This document shows positions 20,840 through 30,586 of a stretch of DNA of 35,576 bases, one piece after another. The position numbers were made by a program, and so were the translations under genes. Each line of letters opens with the position of its first letter. Position 1 is the stretch's first letter. Origin of the DNA: Pseudomonadota bacterium (GTDB taxonomy: Bacteria > Bdellovibrionota > Bdellovibrionia > Bdellovibrionales > SG-bin7); contig JAWXAY010000082.1 in NCBI GenBank assembly GCA_034439715.1, forward strand, positions 1 to 35,576, read 5' to 3'. A model generated the notes under the pieces. That model worked only from the letters and a program-made list of their open reading frames with translations, was not told the DNA's origin and did no database searches.

Positions 20840-21634
20840 TTAATTTATAAAGTGAAAAAACCGTGTCAAGCGAATCGTCAGCGGATTACAAAGAAACGGA
20901 ATGTTTTCAAATGTCTCTTCGCAACTCAGCCACACAAACATGGCTCTACCTAAAATATTTTCCATTGGTACCTGTCCCCAATAACGACTATCGTGAGAAT
21001 TATCTCGGTTGTCGCCCATAACAAAAAGGTGATTTTCTTTTACTATTAGCGGCCCAAAAGTATTGAGATACCCTCCGCCCTTTTTAAGCAAAATGTTGTG
21101 CTTGTAAGTGCCGTTGGACTCCCAATAATGAATGTAATTTTCTATATGGTCATCCTGCTGACTTGGGTCACTAGATTGATGCCGCCGAAAATCTTTGTCT
21201 CTTAAAAACTTATAATCCCAATCAGATTGGGGAGCCATTTTTTCTAGTGGCTTATCATTAACAAAAAGAGCGCCCTCTTCGTAATAAATTTTATCTCCCG
21301 GAATGCCAACAATCCGTTTAATAAAAAATGTTCCCTTAGTCTGATCACCAGGATACTTAAAAACAATAACTTCACCCCGAGCAGGATTTTTAAAGTGAGT
21401 GAGCCATTTTTCGCTGAATGGAACTCGCAAGCCGTAAACAAACTTGTTGACGAAGATATGATCGTGAATCAACAGCGTCGGAAGCATACTTCCTGAGGGA
21501 ATAACATAGGCTTCGACCAAGCCCCACCGTATAACTAATGCAATGCCAACGGCGATGAGTATTGAACCAAATCCATCGTTCCAAAATGTCTTTTGTTTTT
21601 TTGGTTTTAAATCCGGCACTTTTTTTTCAGCCAC
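20840..21634 (-). CDS. lepB: Signal peptidase I (likely GTG start at 21634)
   Basis: IPSGSMLPTL (catalytic Ser), FIKRIVGIPGD (catalytic Lys), MGDNRDNSHDSRYWG; follows lepA; GGAG SD before GTG. Confidence 0.96.
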   Translation of the reverse strand: MAEKKVPDLKPKKQKTFWNDGFGSILIAVGIALVIRWGLVEAYVIPSGSMLPTLLIHDHIFVNKFVYGLRVPFSEKWLTHFKNPARGEVIVFKYPGDQTKGTFFIKRIVGIPGDKIYYEEGALFVNDKPLEKMAPQSDWDYKFLRDKDFRRHQSSDPSQQDDHIENYIHYWESNGTYKHNILLKKGGGYLNTFGPLIVKENHLFVMGDNRDNSHDSRYWGQVPMENILGRAMFVWLSCEETFENIPFLCNPLTIRLTRFFHFIN

Positions 21635-21647
21635 AGTTATTCTCCAT

Positions 21648-23447
21648 TTATTCCCCAATCTTAAGCACTGCTAAAAAGGCTGCTTGAGGGACCTCGACTG
21701 CACCCACCTGCTTCATACGCTTTTTGCCCTCTTTTTGCTTTTCTAAGAGCTTTCTCTTTCGGCTAATATCACCACCGTAACACTTTGCAGTCACGTCTTT
21801 TCTTAAGGCCCCAATTGTCTCGCGCGCGATAATTTTCGCTCCAATTGAGGCTTGAATTGCCACTTGGAATTGGTGCATAGGAATAAGCTCCTTGAGCTTT
21901 TCACATAGCGCCTTTCCTCGTTGATACGCTTTTGATTTATGCACGATTGTTGACAAGGCATCGACTTTTTCACCATTGAGCATAATATCCAGCTTTACCA
22001 AGTCGCCGGTCTCAAAACCCATAAGTTCGTATTCCATCGAGGCATAACCCTTGGAGATAGACTTAAGTTTATCGTGAAAGTCGAGCACCATTTCGTTCAT
22101 CGGTAAGCGATACTCTATGATCACTCGATTGGCGGAAGTGTACTCCATCTTAATTTGGTTTCCACGACGGTCTTCAAGAATTTTTAAGATACCTCCAATA
22201 TATTCGCTGGGTGTGTGGATCACAATTTTTACGAAGGGCTCTTCAATACGCTCAACCTTTGAAATATCTTCTAAGTCTGCTGGATTCTCTAACTCATAAT
22301 GAGAACCGTCCATCATATACATTTTGTAAACTACGGTGGGAGCGGTTACGACCAGATTTAAATCGTAATGACGTTCGAGTCGCTCTTGCACGATTTCCAT
22401 ATGAAGCAGTCCTAAAAATCCACAACGAAAACCAAAGCCGAGTGCTATGGATTTTTCTTTTTCATAGGTGAGCGAGGAATCGTTAAGTGTGAGTTTTTCT
22501 AGTGCTTCTTGCAAATTTACAAAGTCAGAGCTATCGACCGGAAAAATACCCGAATAAACCATCGGTTTTATTTTTTGAAAACCGGGGAGCGGAATTAATG
22601 ACGGTGTTTTTGTCAGCGTAATAGTGTCACCCACAGTGACATCGCGAATTGTTTTAATTCCACTGGCAACAAAACCCACTTCACCTGGCCCGAGCTCTTG
22701 ACGGTCTTCAGGAAAGGGCGAAAACACTCCCAGCTTTAGGACCTCATGGTCCGTTCCTGAGAACATCATACGGATCTTGTCTCCTATTTTGACCTTGCCC
22801 TCTTTGACTCTCACGAGAATGATGACCCCTTGATATGAGTCGTACCAACTATCAAAAATTAAAGCGCGCAAAAATCCCGTGTCGTCATTTGTCGGAGGTG
22901 GAACTTTTTCTACCACTCTTTCGAGTATTTCTCTGACGCCAATCCGTTCTTTGGCACTTACCAAAAGGGCATTAGTGGTATCTAACCCAATGACATTTCG
23001 AATTTGTTCGAGAACAGCTGTGGGGTCAGCGCTGGGTAGGTCGATTTTGTTAACGACGGGAATTACTTCGAGATTATTATTCAGAGCTAAATAGACGTTA
23101 GCTAAAGTTTGAGCTTCAACCCCTTGAGTCGCATCGACCACGAGAACCGCACCCTCGCAAGCAGCCAGTGAGCGAGACACTTCGTAACTAAAATCCACGT
23201 GTCCTGGTGTATCTATAAGATTTAAGAGATACGTAATTCCGTCCTTGGCTTTGAACTTCAGCGACACAGTTTGCGCCTTAATGGTAATACCACGCTCGCG
23301 TTCGATATCCATGTTATCTAAAAATTGTTCTTTTTCTTGACGAGCTTCGAGCGCCCCCGTTTCACTCAGGAGTGCATCTGCCAAGGTAGATTTACCATGG
23401 TCAATGTGGGCGATGATTGAAAAATTTCGAATTAATTTTGCGTCCAT
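21648..23447 (-). CDS. lepA: Elongation factor 4 (LepA)
   Basis: [57 protein letters not shown]. Confidence 0.99.
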   Translation of the reverse strand: MDAKLIRNFSIIAHIDHGKSTLADALLSETGALEARQEKEQFLDNMDIERERGITIKAQTVSLKFKAKDGITYLLNLIDTPGHVDFSYEVSRSLAACEGAVLVVDATQGVEAQTLANVYLALNNNLEVIPVVNKIDLPSADPTAVLEQIRNVIGLDTTNALLVSAKERIGVREILERVVEKVPPPTNDDTGFLRALIFDSWYDSYQGVIILVRVKEGKVKIGDKIRMMFSGTDHEVLKLGVFSPFPEDRQELGPGEVGFVASGIKTIRDVTVGDTITLTKTPSLIPLPGFQKIKPMVYSGIFPVDSSDFVNLQEALEKLTLNDSSLTYEKEKSIALGFGFRCGFLGLLHMEIVQERLERHYDLNLVVTAPTVVYKMYMMDGSHYELENPADLEDISKVERIEEPFVKIVIHTPSEYIGGILKILEDRRGNQIKMEYTSANRVIIEYRLPMNEMVLDFHDKLKSISKGYASMEYELMGFETGDLVKLDIMLNGEKVDALSTIVHKSKAYQRGKALCEKLKELIPMHQFQVAIQASIGAKIIARETIGALRKDVTAKCYGGDISRKRKLLEKQKEGKKRMKQVGAVEVPQAAFLAVLKIGE

Positions 23448-23455
23448 TTAACCTG

Positions 23456-24613
23456 TTACAACTGCAACAGATTTTTAAGTGCATCTACTTTGCTAAGTTT
23501 TTCCCAGGTAAAACCTTGATCCTCACGGCCAAAATGTCCATAAGCCGCGGTTTTTTTGTAAATGGGTTTTAGCAGATCAAATTCTTTTACGATGTTAGCA
23601 GGCTTTAAGCTCCAAAGTTCATTAACGGCCTTTGAAAGTTTGTCGTTGCCAATTTTGCCGGTGCCAAAATCATTGACATAAACGCTGACTGGCTCTGCCA
23701 CCCCAATGGCGTAGGCCACCTGAACCAAGCATTTCTCAGCTGCCCCCGATGCCACAATGTTTTTAGCGATGTGGCGAGCGGCATAGGCCGCCGATCTATC
23801 TACCTTTGAAGGATCTTTACCCGAAAAAGCACCGCCGCCGTGAGCTCCATGCCCACCGTAAGAGTCTACAATGATCTTTCGCCCAGTCAGACCACAATCT
23901 CCAGCGGGTCCACCGACCACAAAGCGGCCCGTGGGGTTAATAAAATATTTCGTTTTGCTATCAAGCCATTTAGCGGGAATCACCTTTTTGATGACTTCTT
24001 CCATCACAGCTTCTTTGATTTGATTGAGCGAAACTTCTTCTGAATGCTGAGTCGAAATAACTACAGCATCAATACGTTTAACAGTTCCATTATCATACTC
24101 CACAGTCACTTGGCTTTTGCTATCTGGTCTCAAAAACTTCACGCGACCGGATTTCCGAGCCTTTGACAATTCATGAACGAGCTTATGAGAAAGTGAAATT
24201 GAAAGTGGCATAAATTCAGGAGTTTCGTTATTGGCAAAGCCAAACATGAGACCCTGATCGCCAGCCCCTTGCTCATGGGTGCTTGAAGTGTCGACTCCCA
24301 TCGCGATATCGGGACTTTGTTTGTGAAGTGAAACCATCACACCACAACTTCGGTAGTCAAATCCCATGTCGCCATGGTTATAGCCGATTTCTTTAATAAC
24401 GTTTCGTACTAAATCCTGAATTTCAACATAAGCTTTGGTGGTGACTTCACCAGCTACTACAACTTGACCTGTGGTCACGAGAGTTTCGCAGGCCACCCGG
24501 GAATGCGGGTCCTGCGCAAGCATGGAATCGAGCACGGCATCACTAATTTGATCAGAAACTTTGTCGGGATGCCCCTCAGAAACAGATTCGCTGGTAAATA
24601 GATAGTTTGACAC
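23456..24613 (-). CDS. metK: S-adenosylmethionine synthetase
   Basis: [53 protein letters not shown] before GTG. Confidence 0.99.
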   Translation of the reverse strand: MSNYLFTSESVSEGHPDKVSDQISDAVLDSMLAQDPHSRVACETLVTTGQVVVAGEVTTKAYVEIQDLVRNVIKEIGYNHGDMGFDYRSCGVMVSLHKQSPDIAMGVDTSSTHEQGAGDQGLMFGFANNETPEFMPLSISLSHKLVHELSKARKSGRVKFLRPDSKSQVTVEYDNGTVKRIDAVVISTQHSEEVSLNQIKEAVMEEVIKKVIPAKWLDSKTKYFINPTGRFVVGGPAGDCGLTGRKIIVDSYGGHGAHGGGAFSGKDPSKVDRSAAYAARHIAKNIVASGAAEKCLVQVAYAIGVAEPVSVYVNDFGTGKIGNDKLSKAVNELWSLKPANIVKEFDLLKPIYKKTAAYGHFGREDQGFTWEKLSKVDALKNLLQL

Positions 24614-24615
24614 TT

Positions 24616-24647
24616 AAGACTCCTCTTTTTTTAAGTTCAGGAGTCTT
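24616..24647. repeat. 9-bp perfect inverted repeat covering the metK SD
   Basis: AAGACTCCT (24616-24624) and AGGAGTCTT (24639-24647), 14-nt loop. Confidence 0.85.
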
Positions 24648-24674
24648 TTTATCAGACTGTAAAATATGCGTCAA
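24646..24674 (-). promoter_or_regulatory. Putative sigma70 promoter for metK-lepA-lepB
   Basis: TTGACG-N17-TAAAAA with TG in the extended -10 position; the final T of the -10 is missing. Confidence 0.4.
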
Positions 24675-24681
24675 TCAAGGC

Positions 24682-25074
24682 TTAGCCAGCTCGGCGGCCA
24701 CGAATTCCAGACACTATGGGGCGGAAATCTGTACCCATGCCCGAATTTAGTCGGTTCAACTTTCCAAACTTAGAAAATGCTTCCTTTTTATGAAACTTAA
24801 TTTTCTCTTTGGCCTTTAGCATTTGGCTTTCTATTTTCTCCACGGCCTTATCCATAGCTATAAAGAAGTCTTTGCCTACGCCTTCAGCGGTAAAATCGCC
24901 CTGCATGCCATGAACCCTGACTTCGGCATGAGACAAGTGACGCTGGGCACTGTAAGTCACTGCGACTTTACAATCCTTAATCTCGAAGCGCTTAAGGCGC
25001 TCCATTCTTTCCTCAGCATACTTAGTTAATGATTTCGAAGAATCTAAATGACGAAATACGTGTGTAAACTTCAT
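24682..25074 (-). CDS. hpf: Ribosome hibernation promoting factor (HPF/RaiA family)
   Basis: FRHLDSSKSLTKYAEERMERL..AEVRV..DFFIAMDKAVEKIESQM.K.KEK.K.H; lies downstream of rpoN; AGGAG SD. Confidence 0.9.
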   Translation of the reverse strand: MKFTHVFRHLDSSKSLTKYAEERMERLKRFEIKDCKVAVTYSAQRHLSHAEVRVHGMQGDFTAEGVGKDFFIAMDKAVEKIESQMLKAKEKIKFHKKEAFSKFGKLNRLNSGMGTDFRPIVSGIRGRRAG

Positions 25075-25105
25075 AGCTATCTCCTGTTTTGCTCTCTTAA
25101 CATGC

Positions 25106-25133
25106 TTATCGGCAAATCCCAGACCTAGGTGTA
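25106..25133 (-). promoter_or_regulatory. Putative sigma28 promoter of hpf
   Basis: Perfect -10 GCCGATAA (25113-25106) with TACA 16 nt upstream. Confidence 0.65.
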
Positions 25134-25155
25134 GGTGTTTTTTAAAAAAAAATGC

Positions 25156-25170
25156 GTCTCAAAATGAAAC
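25156..25170. repeat. 15-bp quasi-palindrome, exact reverse complement of 32028-32042
   Basis: GTCTCAAAATGAAAC here; GTTTCATTTTGAGAC at 32028-32042. Confidence 0.85.
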
Positions 25171-25587
25171 TTATTTTTTTAGGGGTTTCTTTTGGTCTTT
25201 TTGGCTCGCAACCTGTCGACTCGACTGATTGATCATGCTGATACCGCAGATATTTTGTGACTGAAGCTTCAATAGCTCAACTCTGGAAAGATATGAGTCT
25301 TTAGCGAACATTTCGATATGATTCACTGTATTCACTTGAGACTTTATGAGATTGATTTCAAAAAACTTTGTGTTTTTTACGACATTCTCAAATTCATTTA
25401 GGCATAACATTAGTTTTGCGGTCGCAGAAGACTCCACTCTCTTTGCAATCAGAGCTGATTTTACGACGTCAACCCTTTCTATAAGCTTATATTTCACAAT
25501 ATTATCAACGATTGCAGCGCAAACAACGGCAATCGCTAAAATTAACATAAGTGAAAAAAAAGTAGGAAGGCCTTTAGATTTAGACAT
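25171..25587 (-). CDS. Hypothetical membrane-anchored or exported protein (138 aa)
   Basis: N-terminal hydrophobic helix, helical body, basic tail; own sigma28-like promoter. Confidence 0.65.
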   Translation of the reverse strand: MSKSKGLPTFFSLMLILAIAVVCAAIVDNIVKYKLIERVDVVKSALIAKRVESSATAKLMLCLNEFENVVKNTKFFEINLIKSQVNTVNHIEMFAKDSYLSRVELLKLQSQNICGISMINQSSRQVASQKDQKKPLKK

Positions 25588-25600
25588 AGCTGATGGATGT

Positions 25601-25628
25601 CTATCGAAATCATTTGGCCAAAAGTTTA
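25601..25628 (-). promoter_or_regulatory. Putative sigma28-like promoter
   Basis: TAAA(25628-25625)-N16-TTCGATAG(25608-25601), 13 nt before the ATG at 25587. Confidence 0.5.
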
Positions 25629-25856
25629 GGAGATTCTCAAATTTTTAGTGAGTGACGTCTCAAGGCTGAGCGTTGGGTAAAAGTTCATCGAATTTTTGCT
25701 CTAATTCAAGAATTGTAGTTTCGAATTCTTTTAATTCAAAAGAACTTGGCGCTGGAAAGCCGTCCTGAAAGTCTGATTTCTAAACCTAAGTAGTGGACAA
25801 CGATATCAATAGAATCAAAGACTCAAAGGGATCTTATATCTCTGAGTATTGATCTT

Positions 25857-27284
25857 CTAAAAAAACTTTTTGCGCTTACTTGAAGGCAATATTTTTAACA
25901 TCTCGCGATATTTAGCTACGGTCCGTCGAGCTATTTCGATGCCGTCTTTTTTAAGTAACTCCACTATCTTTTGGTCTGAAAGCGGCGATTTCGTGTTTTC
26001 TTTATCAACAAGCGCCTTGATTTTCATTTTCACTGATTCACTGGCTAACGAGTCTCCATCAGTCTTGTTAATTCCGGAATTAAAAAAGTACTTGAGTTCG
26101 AAAATTCCGCGAGGCGTGTGCACAAACTTAGACGTCGTGACTCGACTGACGGTGGACTCGTGCATGCCGATATCGTTGGCAACGTCTTTTAAAATCATGG
26201 GTTTGATAAAACCAGGGCCCTTTTCAAAAAACTCCAACTGGTGCTTTACAATACTCTCAGTCACCTTGTAAATCGTGCGTTGCCTCTGCTGAATGGATTT
26301 TATGAGCCAAATCGCTGAACGAAGTTTATCATGGATATATTCTTGTGTAGGGTCCTTAGCATTCTTGTTGCTTAAAACATTTTTATAAAAATTACTGATG
26401 CGAAGCCTCGGCAAGCCATCTTCATTGAGAGAAACTGTATACAGATCACCGACCTTGTAAACATAAACGTCAGGCGTCACGTAATGGGTGTCCTGGGGGA
26501 GATAAACCTTTCCCGGCTTGGGATCCATATTTAAAATAATTTTACACATCTCGATGACATCGCCCAGAGGAATATTCATAGCCTTAGCAATAGCATCGTA
26601 GTTCTTTTTCTCGAGATCCTTTAAGTGGTTATTGATGATAAATACTAGTTGATTGGTGTCTTCTTCGAGGTGTCGGGCCTGTATCAACAGGCACTCTTTT
26701 AGATCGCGGGCACCCACTCCCGGCGGATCAAACTCTTGCACAAAGGGTAAAATTTCTTCGATTTCACGCACTGATATTTTTTCTTCACTGGCGATATGTT
26801 CCAGCGTAACTCTAATATAACCCACTTCATCAATGTAATTAATGATGATAGTGGCTATTTTTTGCTCCTCTTCGTTAAACCCATAAAGTCCGACCTGCCA
26901 GTTGAGATAATCAAATAACGACTGCTCTGTCGTCATAAGATTTTCGTAATTCATGATTTCTTCGCCACCTGAAGCCGCCATGGGTGGTTTATATTGAGAT
27001 TCTATATAACTGTCCCACTCAAATTCTTCTTGCCCTCGAGGATCCTGTGGCGTTTCTGTAGTAGCCGGTAATTCTTCTTTAACGTTTTTTTCTGCTTCAG
27101 TTTCTGCGTTTTCTTGACTGGTCTCTGCCAGCTCTTCGAGGACCGGATTTTCTTCGAGTTCCTTACGAATCGTAGTCTCAAGTTCCATGCGCGACAGTTG
27201 CAACAGCTTAATGGCTTGCTGCAGCTGAGGTGTCATCCTCAAAGTCTGAATCTGGGACATCGTTTGTTTCATACCGCCAGCCAT
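25857..27284 (-). CDS. rpoN: RNA polymerase sigma-54 factor
   Basis: MTPQLQQAIKLLQLS, FDPPGVGARDLKECL, MHESTVSR, LSDQKIV, RpoN box ARRTVAKYR. Confidence 0.99.
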   Translation of the reverse strand: MAGGMKQTMSQIQTLRMTPQLQQAIKLLQLSRMELETTIRKELEENPVLEELAETSQENAETEAEKNVKEELPATTETPQDPRGQEEFEWDSYIESQYKPPMAASGGEEIMNYENLMTTEQSLFDYLNWQVGLYGFNEEEQKIATIIINYIDEVGYIRVTLEHIASEEKISVREIEEILPFVQEFDPPGVGARDLKECLLIQARHLEEDTNQLVFIINNHLKDLEKKNYDAIAKAMNIPLGDVIEMCKIILNMDPKPGKVYLPQDTHYVTPDVYVYKVGDLYTVSLNEDGLPRLRISNFYKNVLSNKNAKDPTQEYIHDKLRSAIWLIKSIQQRQRTIYKVTESIVKHQLEFFEKGPGFIKPMILKDVANDIGMHESTVSRVTTSKFVHTPRGIFELKYFFNSGINKTDGDSLASESVKMKIKALVDKENTKSPLSDQKIVELLKKDGIEIARRTVAKYREMLKILPSSKRKKFF

Positions 27285-27298
27285 AAAAACTCCTAGCC

Positions 27299-28021
27299 CT
27301 ATAATTTAAAGTTTTCGCCCAAGTAAAACCGGCGAGCCAATTCATTCTCGGCAATCAGTTTTGGTGTTCCTTCAACATGGATTTTTCCGTCTTTCAAAAT
27401 ATATGAAAAATCACAAATACCCAGTGTCTCACGCACATTGTGATCGGTGATCAACACACCAATTCCACTCTTTATTAAACCTCGAATGAGGTTCTGTAAA
27501 TCTCCGACGGCAATGGGATCAATACCCGCAAAAGGCTCGTCTAAAAGTAAAAACTTAGGACTTCCGGCCAACGCCCTGGCAATTTCAACTCGCCGACGTT
27601 CCCCTCCCGAAAGAGAGAAACCGTAGCTTTCAGCGATGTGCTCAATGTGAAAGTCTTTGAGAAGTTTATTTAGTTTCTCTTGTTGGGTATCTCCCACGAT
27701 ACCATGAGCCTCTAAGGCCACTATAATATTTTCTTTGACGGTCATCTTGCGGAACACGCTTGGCTCCTGAGGAAGATAACTGAGCCCTGCGCGTGCTCGC
27801 TGAAACATCGGCATATCTTCAATAGGCATTTCACCCAAATATATGTGTCCCGTATCTGAAGGTATTAATCCAACCACCATATAGAAGCTTGTAGTTTTTC
27901 CAGCGCCGTTGGGCCCCAACAGTCCCACGACTTGACCGGGTCTTACATCAAAAGTTATGGAATCTACGACCTTCCTTCGCTTATAACTTTTAGAAATATT
28001 CTTAATTATCAATCGACTCAT
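27299..28021 (-). CDS. lptB: LPS export ABC transporter ATPase
   Basis: [63 protein letters not shown]. Confidence 0.98.
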   Translation of the reverse strand: MSRLIIKNISKSYKRRKVVDSITFDVRPGQVVGLLGPNGAGKTTSFYMVVGLIPSDTGHIYLGEMPIEDMPMFQRARAGLSYLPQEPSVFRKMTVKENIIVALEAHGIVGDTQQEKLNKLLKDFHIEHIAESYGFSLSGGERRRVEIARALAGSPKFLLLDEPFAGIDPIAVGDLQNLIRGLIKSGIGVLITDHNVRETLGICDFSYILKDGKIHVEGTPKLIAENELARRFYLGENFKL

Positions 28022-28992
28022 TTTACTTTCTCTAGTTTCTTCGATTCAATATTGGCTCTGGCACCTTTTATCTGCACTCGCTTTCCACCTTGGAGAAAAA
28101 CGATCTCTTCGCCCAATAGCTCATCTTGATCCTGCAATAAACGAGGATTTCCACGAAATACAAACTTATTATCCTTAAAGAGCACCTTCACATTTTCGGA
28201 TGTCGCCAATTTGCCAACGTCACTTACTTTCACTCCACCGTTAACAAACAACGAACTTAAACTTCCACTATCGGCCTCGTATTGAAATTGGGCTCCAGGC
28301 CCGCTGACACGCATAGAGCCAACGTCAATTACTACGTTTCCATAAAACTGGGCCCAGCGCGAGTCAGCACGCAGCTCCACTGACTTGCTTTTAACATTCA
28401 TTATCGTACCGTCTTCTAGTGCTACTTCGCCTTTAACATTTTCCAAAATGGTGGTTTTTCCCTCTTGAACCAGGGCATTCATACCGATGCCTTCAAGCCT
28501 TAAGCGATTTCCTTTTTTGTCTTTTGGGCCCAAAATAGAAACAGGTGATTCACTTTTCAATAGTTTGTTTTTTGAATCGTAATAGACAATATCCGACTTC
28601 AGTTCAAAGTTGTTTGAGGTTTTCGTCACCACATCACCTGAGATCATCATATCCCTTGTCTCAATGTTTACCTGACCTGACTTCCCTTTTACTGAATAGT
28701 GAGTTCCTACTTTGCCAAAAAAAATCGTTTTAATTTTCTCTAATTGCCACTCGCCCTTACCCTTAAAGTCGACCGCCGTTTCGGCATTGAGCTCCCACTC
28801 TCGGCGTCCGCCTTCGGTTCCTATAAGCTTCACACTCTCGAGGACCTGATCAGCCTTTACTGTTTGTGTGACAGAAACAGCAATTGCACCTGATTTTTTT
28901 GGCCTTCGCCCCAATGGCTGTGGCGCTATTATTAAGCACTCAACAAAGATGACCCCAAAAGCGATTGGTAAAAAACCTCGACTCCACTTCAT
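28018..28992 (-). CDS. lptC: LPS export periplasmic protein, LptC-like N-part plus LptA-like C-part
   Basis: N-terminal [10 protein letters not shown], repeated beta-jellyroll motifs ([39 protein letters not shown]); ATGA-coupled to lptB. Confidence 0.8.
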   Translation of the reverse strand: MKWSRGFLPIAFGVIFVECLIIAPQPLGRRPKKSGAIAVSVTQTVKADQVLESVKLIGTEGGRREWELNAETAVDFKGKGEWQLEKIKTIFFGKVGTHYSVKGKSGQVNIETRDMMISGDVVTKTSNNFELKSDIVYYDSKNKLLKSESPVSILGPKDKKGNRLRLEGIGMNALVQEGKTTILENVKGEVALEDGTIMNVKSKSVELRADSRWAQFYGNVVIDVGSMRVSGPGAQFQYEADSGSLSSLFVNGGVKVSDVGKLATSENVKVLFKDNKFVFRGNPRLLQDQDELLGEEIVFLQGGKRVQIKGARANIESKKLEKVK

Positions 28993-29037
28993 TCCTTATA
29001 AAATTCCTTACAGCCTGTTTAACTACCTTACCACAAT

Positions 29038-29054
29038 TTGGCATGAAAATAGCT
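29038..29054 (+). promoter_or_regulatory. Putative sigma54 -24/-12 site oriented away from lptC-lptB-rpoN
   Basis: TTGGCATGAAAATAGCT: GG(29040-41)-N10-GC(29052-53), close to TGGCACG-N4-TTGCW. Confidence 0.5.
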
Positions 29055-29131
29055 GTAATAAGGAATGATTTGGCAAGAGATAGCGTCTCATTTTGAAGCA
29101 CTAGGAATCGTCCGGGAGCAATGCACGAGAA

Positions 29132-29153
29132 GGGTCGACTCGACTGTCGACCC
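29132..29153 (-). terminator. GC-rich hairpin, probable terminator or 3' stabiliser of the 387-aa gene
   Basis: GGGTCGAC-N6-GTCGACCC, 15 nt after the stop at 29169; weak U-tract (TTCT). Confidence 0.5.
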
Positions 29154-29168
29154 GCTCAAAAAATCTAA

Positions 29169-30332
29169 TTAGTGATTCACCAACTGTTGGGCCACTTCGG
29201 CCTCAAGCTGGGTATATACTTTATTGGCTCGAGCGACTAATTCATCTATAGCCTTGCGATGTTCATTATACAGAGGCGTTAGCTCATTGCGCAGGATGGT
29301 TTTAGCTTCTGCAACTTTTCCAGCTTTAAGCGCAGGAACCAATTTTTCATCTCGCACAGCGTAAAATTTCATAGCCGGCGTGACCGATGTCACAGTCATC
29401 AAATCTTTGGTTTTCTTTTCTGGCAATGTTTTATCAGAAAGATTTTTCTTCCAATATTCGACCCGTTCTACATATCCGGCCGTTTCGCCTTTGCCCGAAT
29501 TACCGTCTTTGAGCAGCCTGCCAGTCTCAATTAATTTATTGAGCCGATCAGAAGGTTTACCATTTTGACTATCAAGCTCATCAATCATTTCCATTGCCAC
29601 TAATAATGATTCTATGGCGTAGGCGGGAGGTGGCAAAACATCCGCAATCAAGTCTTTCATGCGAATGATTTGGTTGTAACTCTTGCCCTTGATCTTAAGA
29701 TCGCTAGATTTCTCTCCTTTGGCAATTCTATCCATAGCAGACTTCTCTGCCGCTAAAAATTCTTTGGTTGAATCAGCCACAATTTGATCGATTACTTTAC
29801 GGTGCTCATCGTAAGCTGGTCGCAATTCGGTACGAGCAATTTTTTGAGCTTCAGCTATATTTCCAGCATTCAAGGCGGGGATCAGTTTTTTGTCGCGAAT
29901 GTCGAAGAATTTCTTGGCAGGAGTTACAGCTTTTTTTGTCATCAATTCTCTCAAGCCTAGATTAACAGGATTTTTATCATCGAGATCCTTGACCCAAAAC
30001 TCCACACGCTCAAAATAACCAGCAGCTTGCCCTTTGTCAGATCGACCATTGGCCAGCAGGTCACCGTAAGTGACTAAATCGTCAAGAGTCTTTTTGCTCG
30101 CTTTCGATTCAACAGCGTCAATCATCTGTAGACTTATTAAATAGGACTCAATTAGGTAGCCCGGGGGAGGAAGAATATCAGCGATCACATCTTTCATGTG
30201 TACGATTTTCTGATAATAGACCCCCGATATCTCCATCGGACCTGCCGTCGCGTGGCTCACGTTGAGATTAATTGAAATATTCAAAGCCATTCCAATATAA
30301 ATAACCAAAGCTAATATTATTTTCTGAAACAT
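29169..30332 (-). CDS. Exported protein made of two tandem chemoreceptor-type helical sensor domains
   Basis: Signal peptide (..VSHA|TA); two repeats with Y..I..MKD.IAD.LPPP.Y.IES and Y.EHRK.ID; no second TM or signalling domain; GGAGG SD. Confidence 0.85.
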   Translation of the reverse strand: MFQKIILALVIYIGMALNISINLNVSHATAGPMEISGVYYQKIVHMKDVIADILPPPGYLIESYLISLQMIDAVESKASKKTLDDLVTYGDLLANGRSDKGQAAGYFERVEFWVKDLDDKNPVNLGLRELMTKKAVTPAKKFFDIRDKKLIPALNAGNIAEAQKIARTELRPAYDEHRKVIDQIVADSTKEFLAAEKSAMDRIAKGEKSSDLKIKGKSYNQIIRMKDLIADVLPPPAYAIESLLVAMEMIDELDSQNGKPSDRLNKLIETGRLLKDGNSGKGETAGYVERVEYWKKNLSDKTLPEKKTKDLMTVTSVTPAMKFYAVRDEKLVPALKAGKVAEAKTILRNELTPLYNEHRKAIDELVARANKVYTQLEAEVAQQLVNH

Positions 30333-30511
30333 AAAAGAAAACCTCCATCTTTAATATATTAAGTGAACAAATAGTCTGACTGATAGAATTCGTGCGAGCA
30401 AACAAAATATCCATACAAAAGGTACGGCGCAACATAAAGATTTTAAGCGGCCAAACCCTACTGGACTTAGGGCCAGCTTTTTGCAGACCAAAAAGTAAAT
30501 TAATTTTGCTC

Positions 30512-30539
30512 TTAAGAGAAAAAAGTGGCTGACCGATAG
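30512..30539 (+). promoter_or_regulatory. Putative sigma28 promoter of the MCP
   Basis: TTAA-N16-ACCGATAG upstream of a chemoreceptor gene, a typical FliA target class. Confidence 0.6.
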
Positions 30540-30586
30540 AGATTCTGTGAATGAATTAATAATTGATGTGGAAGGAAAATTGCGAC

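Noticed and set aside
30438..30490. GGCCAAACCCTA..TAGGG hairpin before the MCP as a c-di-GMP-I riboswitch
   Set aside because: It lacks the GNRA-capped stem and GCAAAG junction, and lies upstream of the predicted sigma28 promoter.
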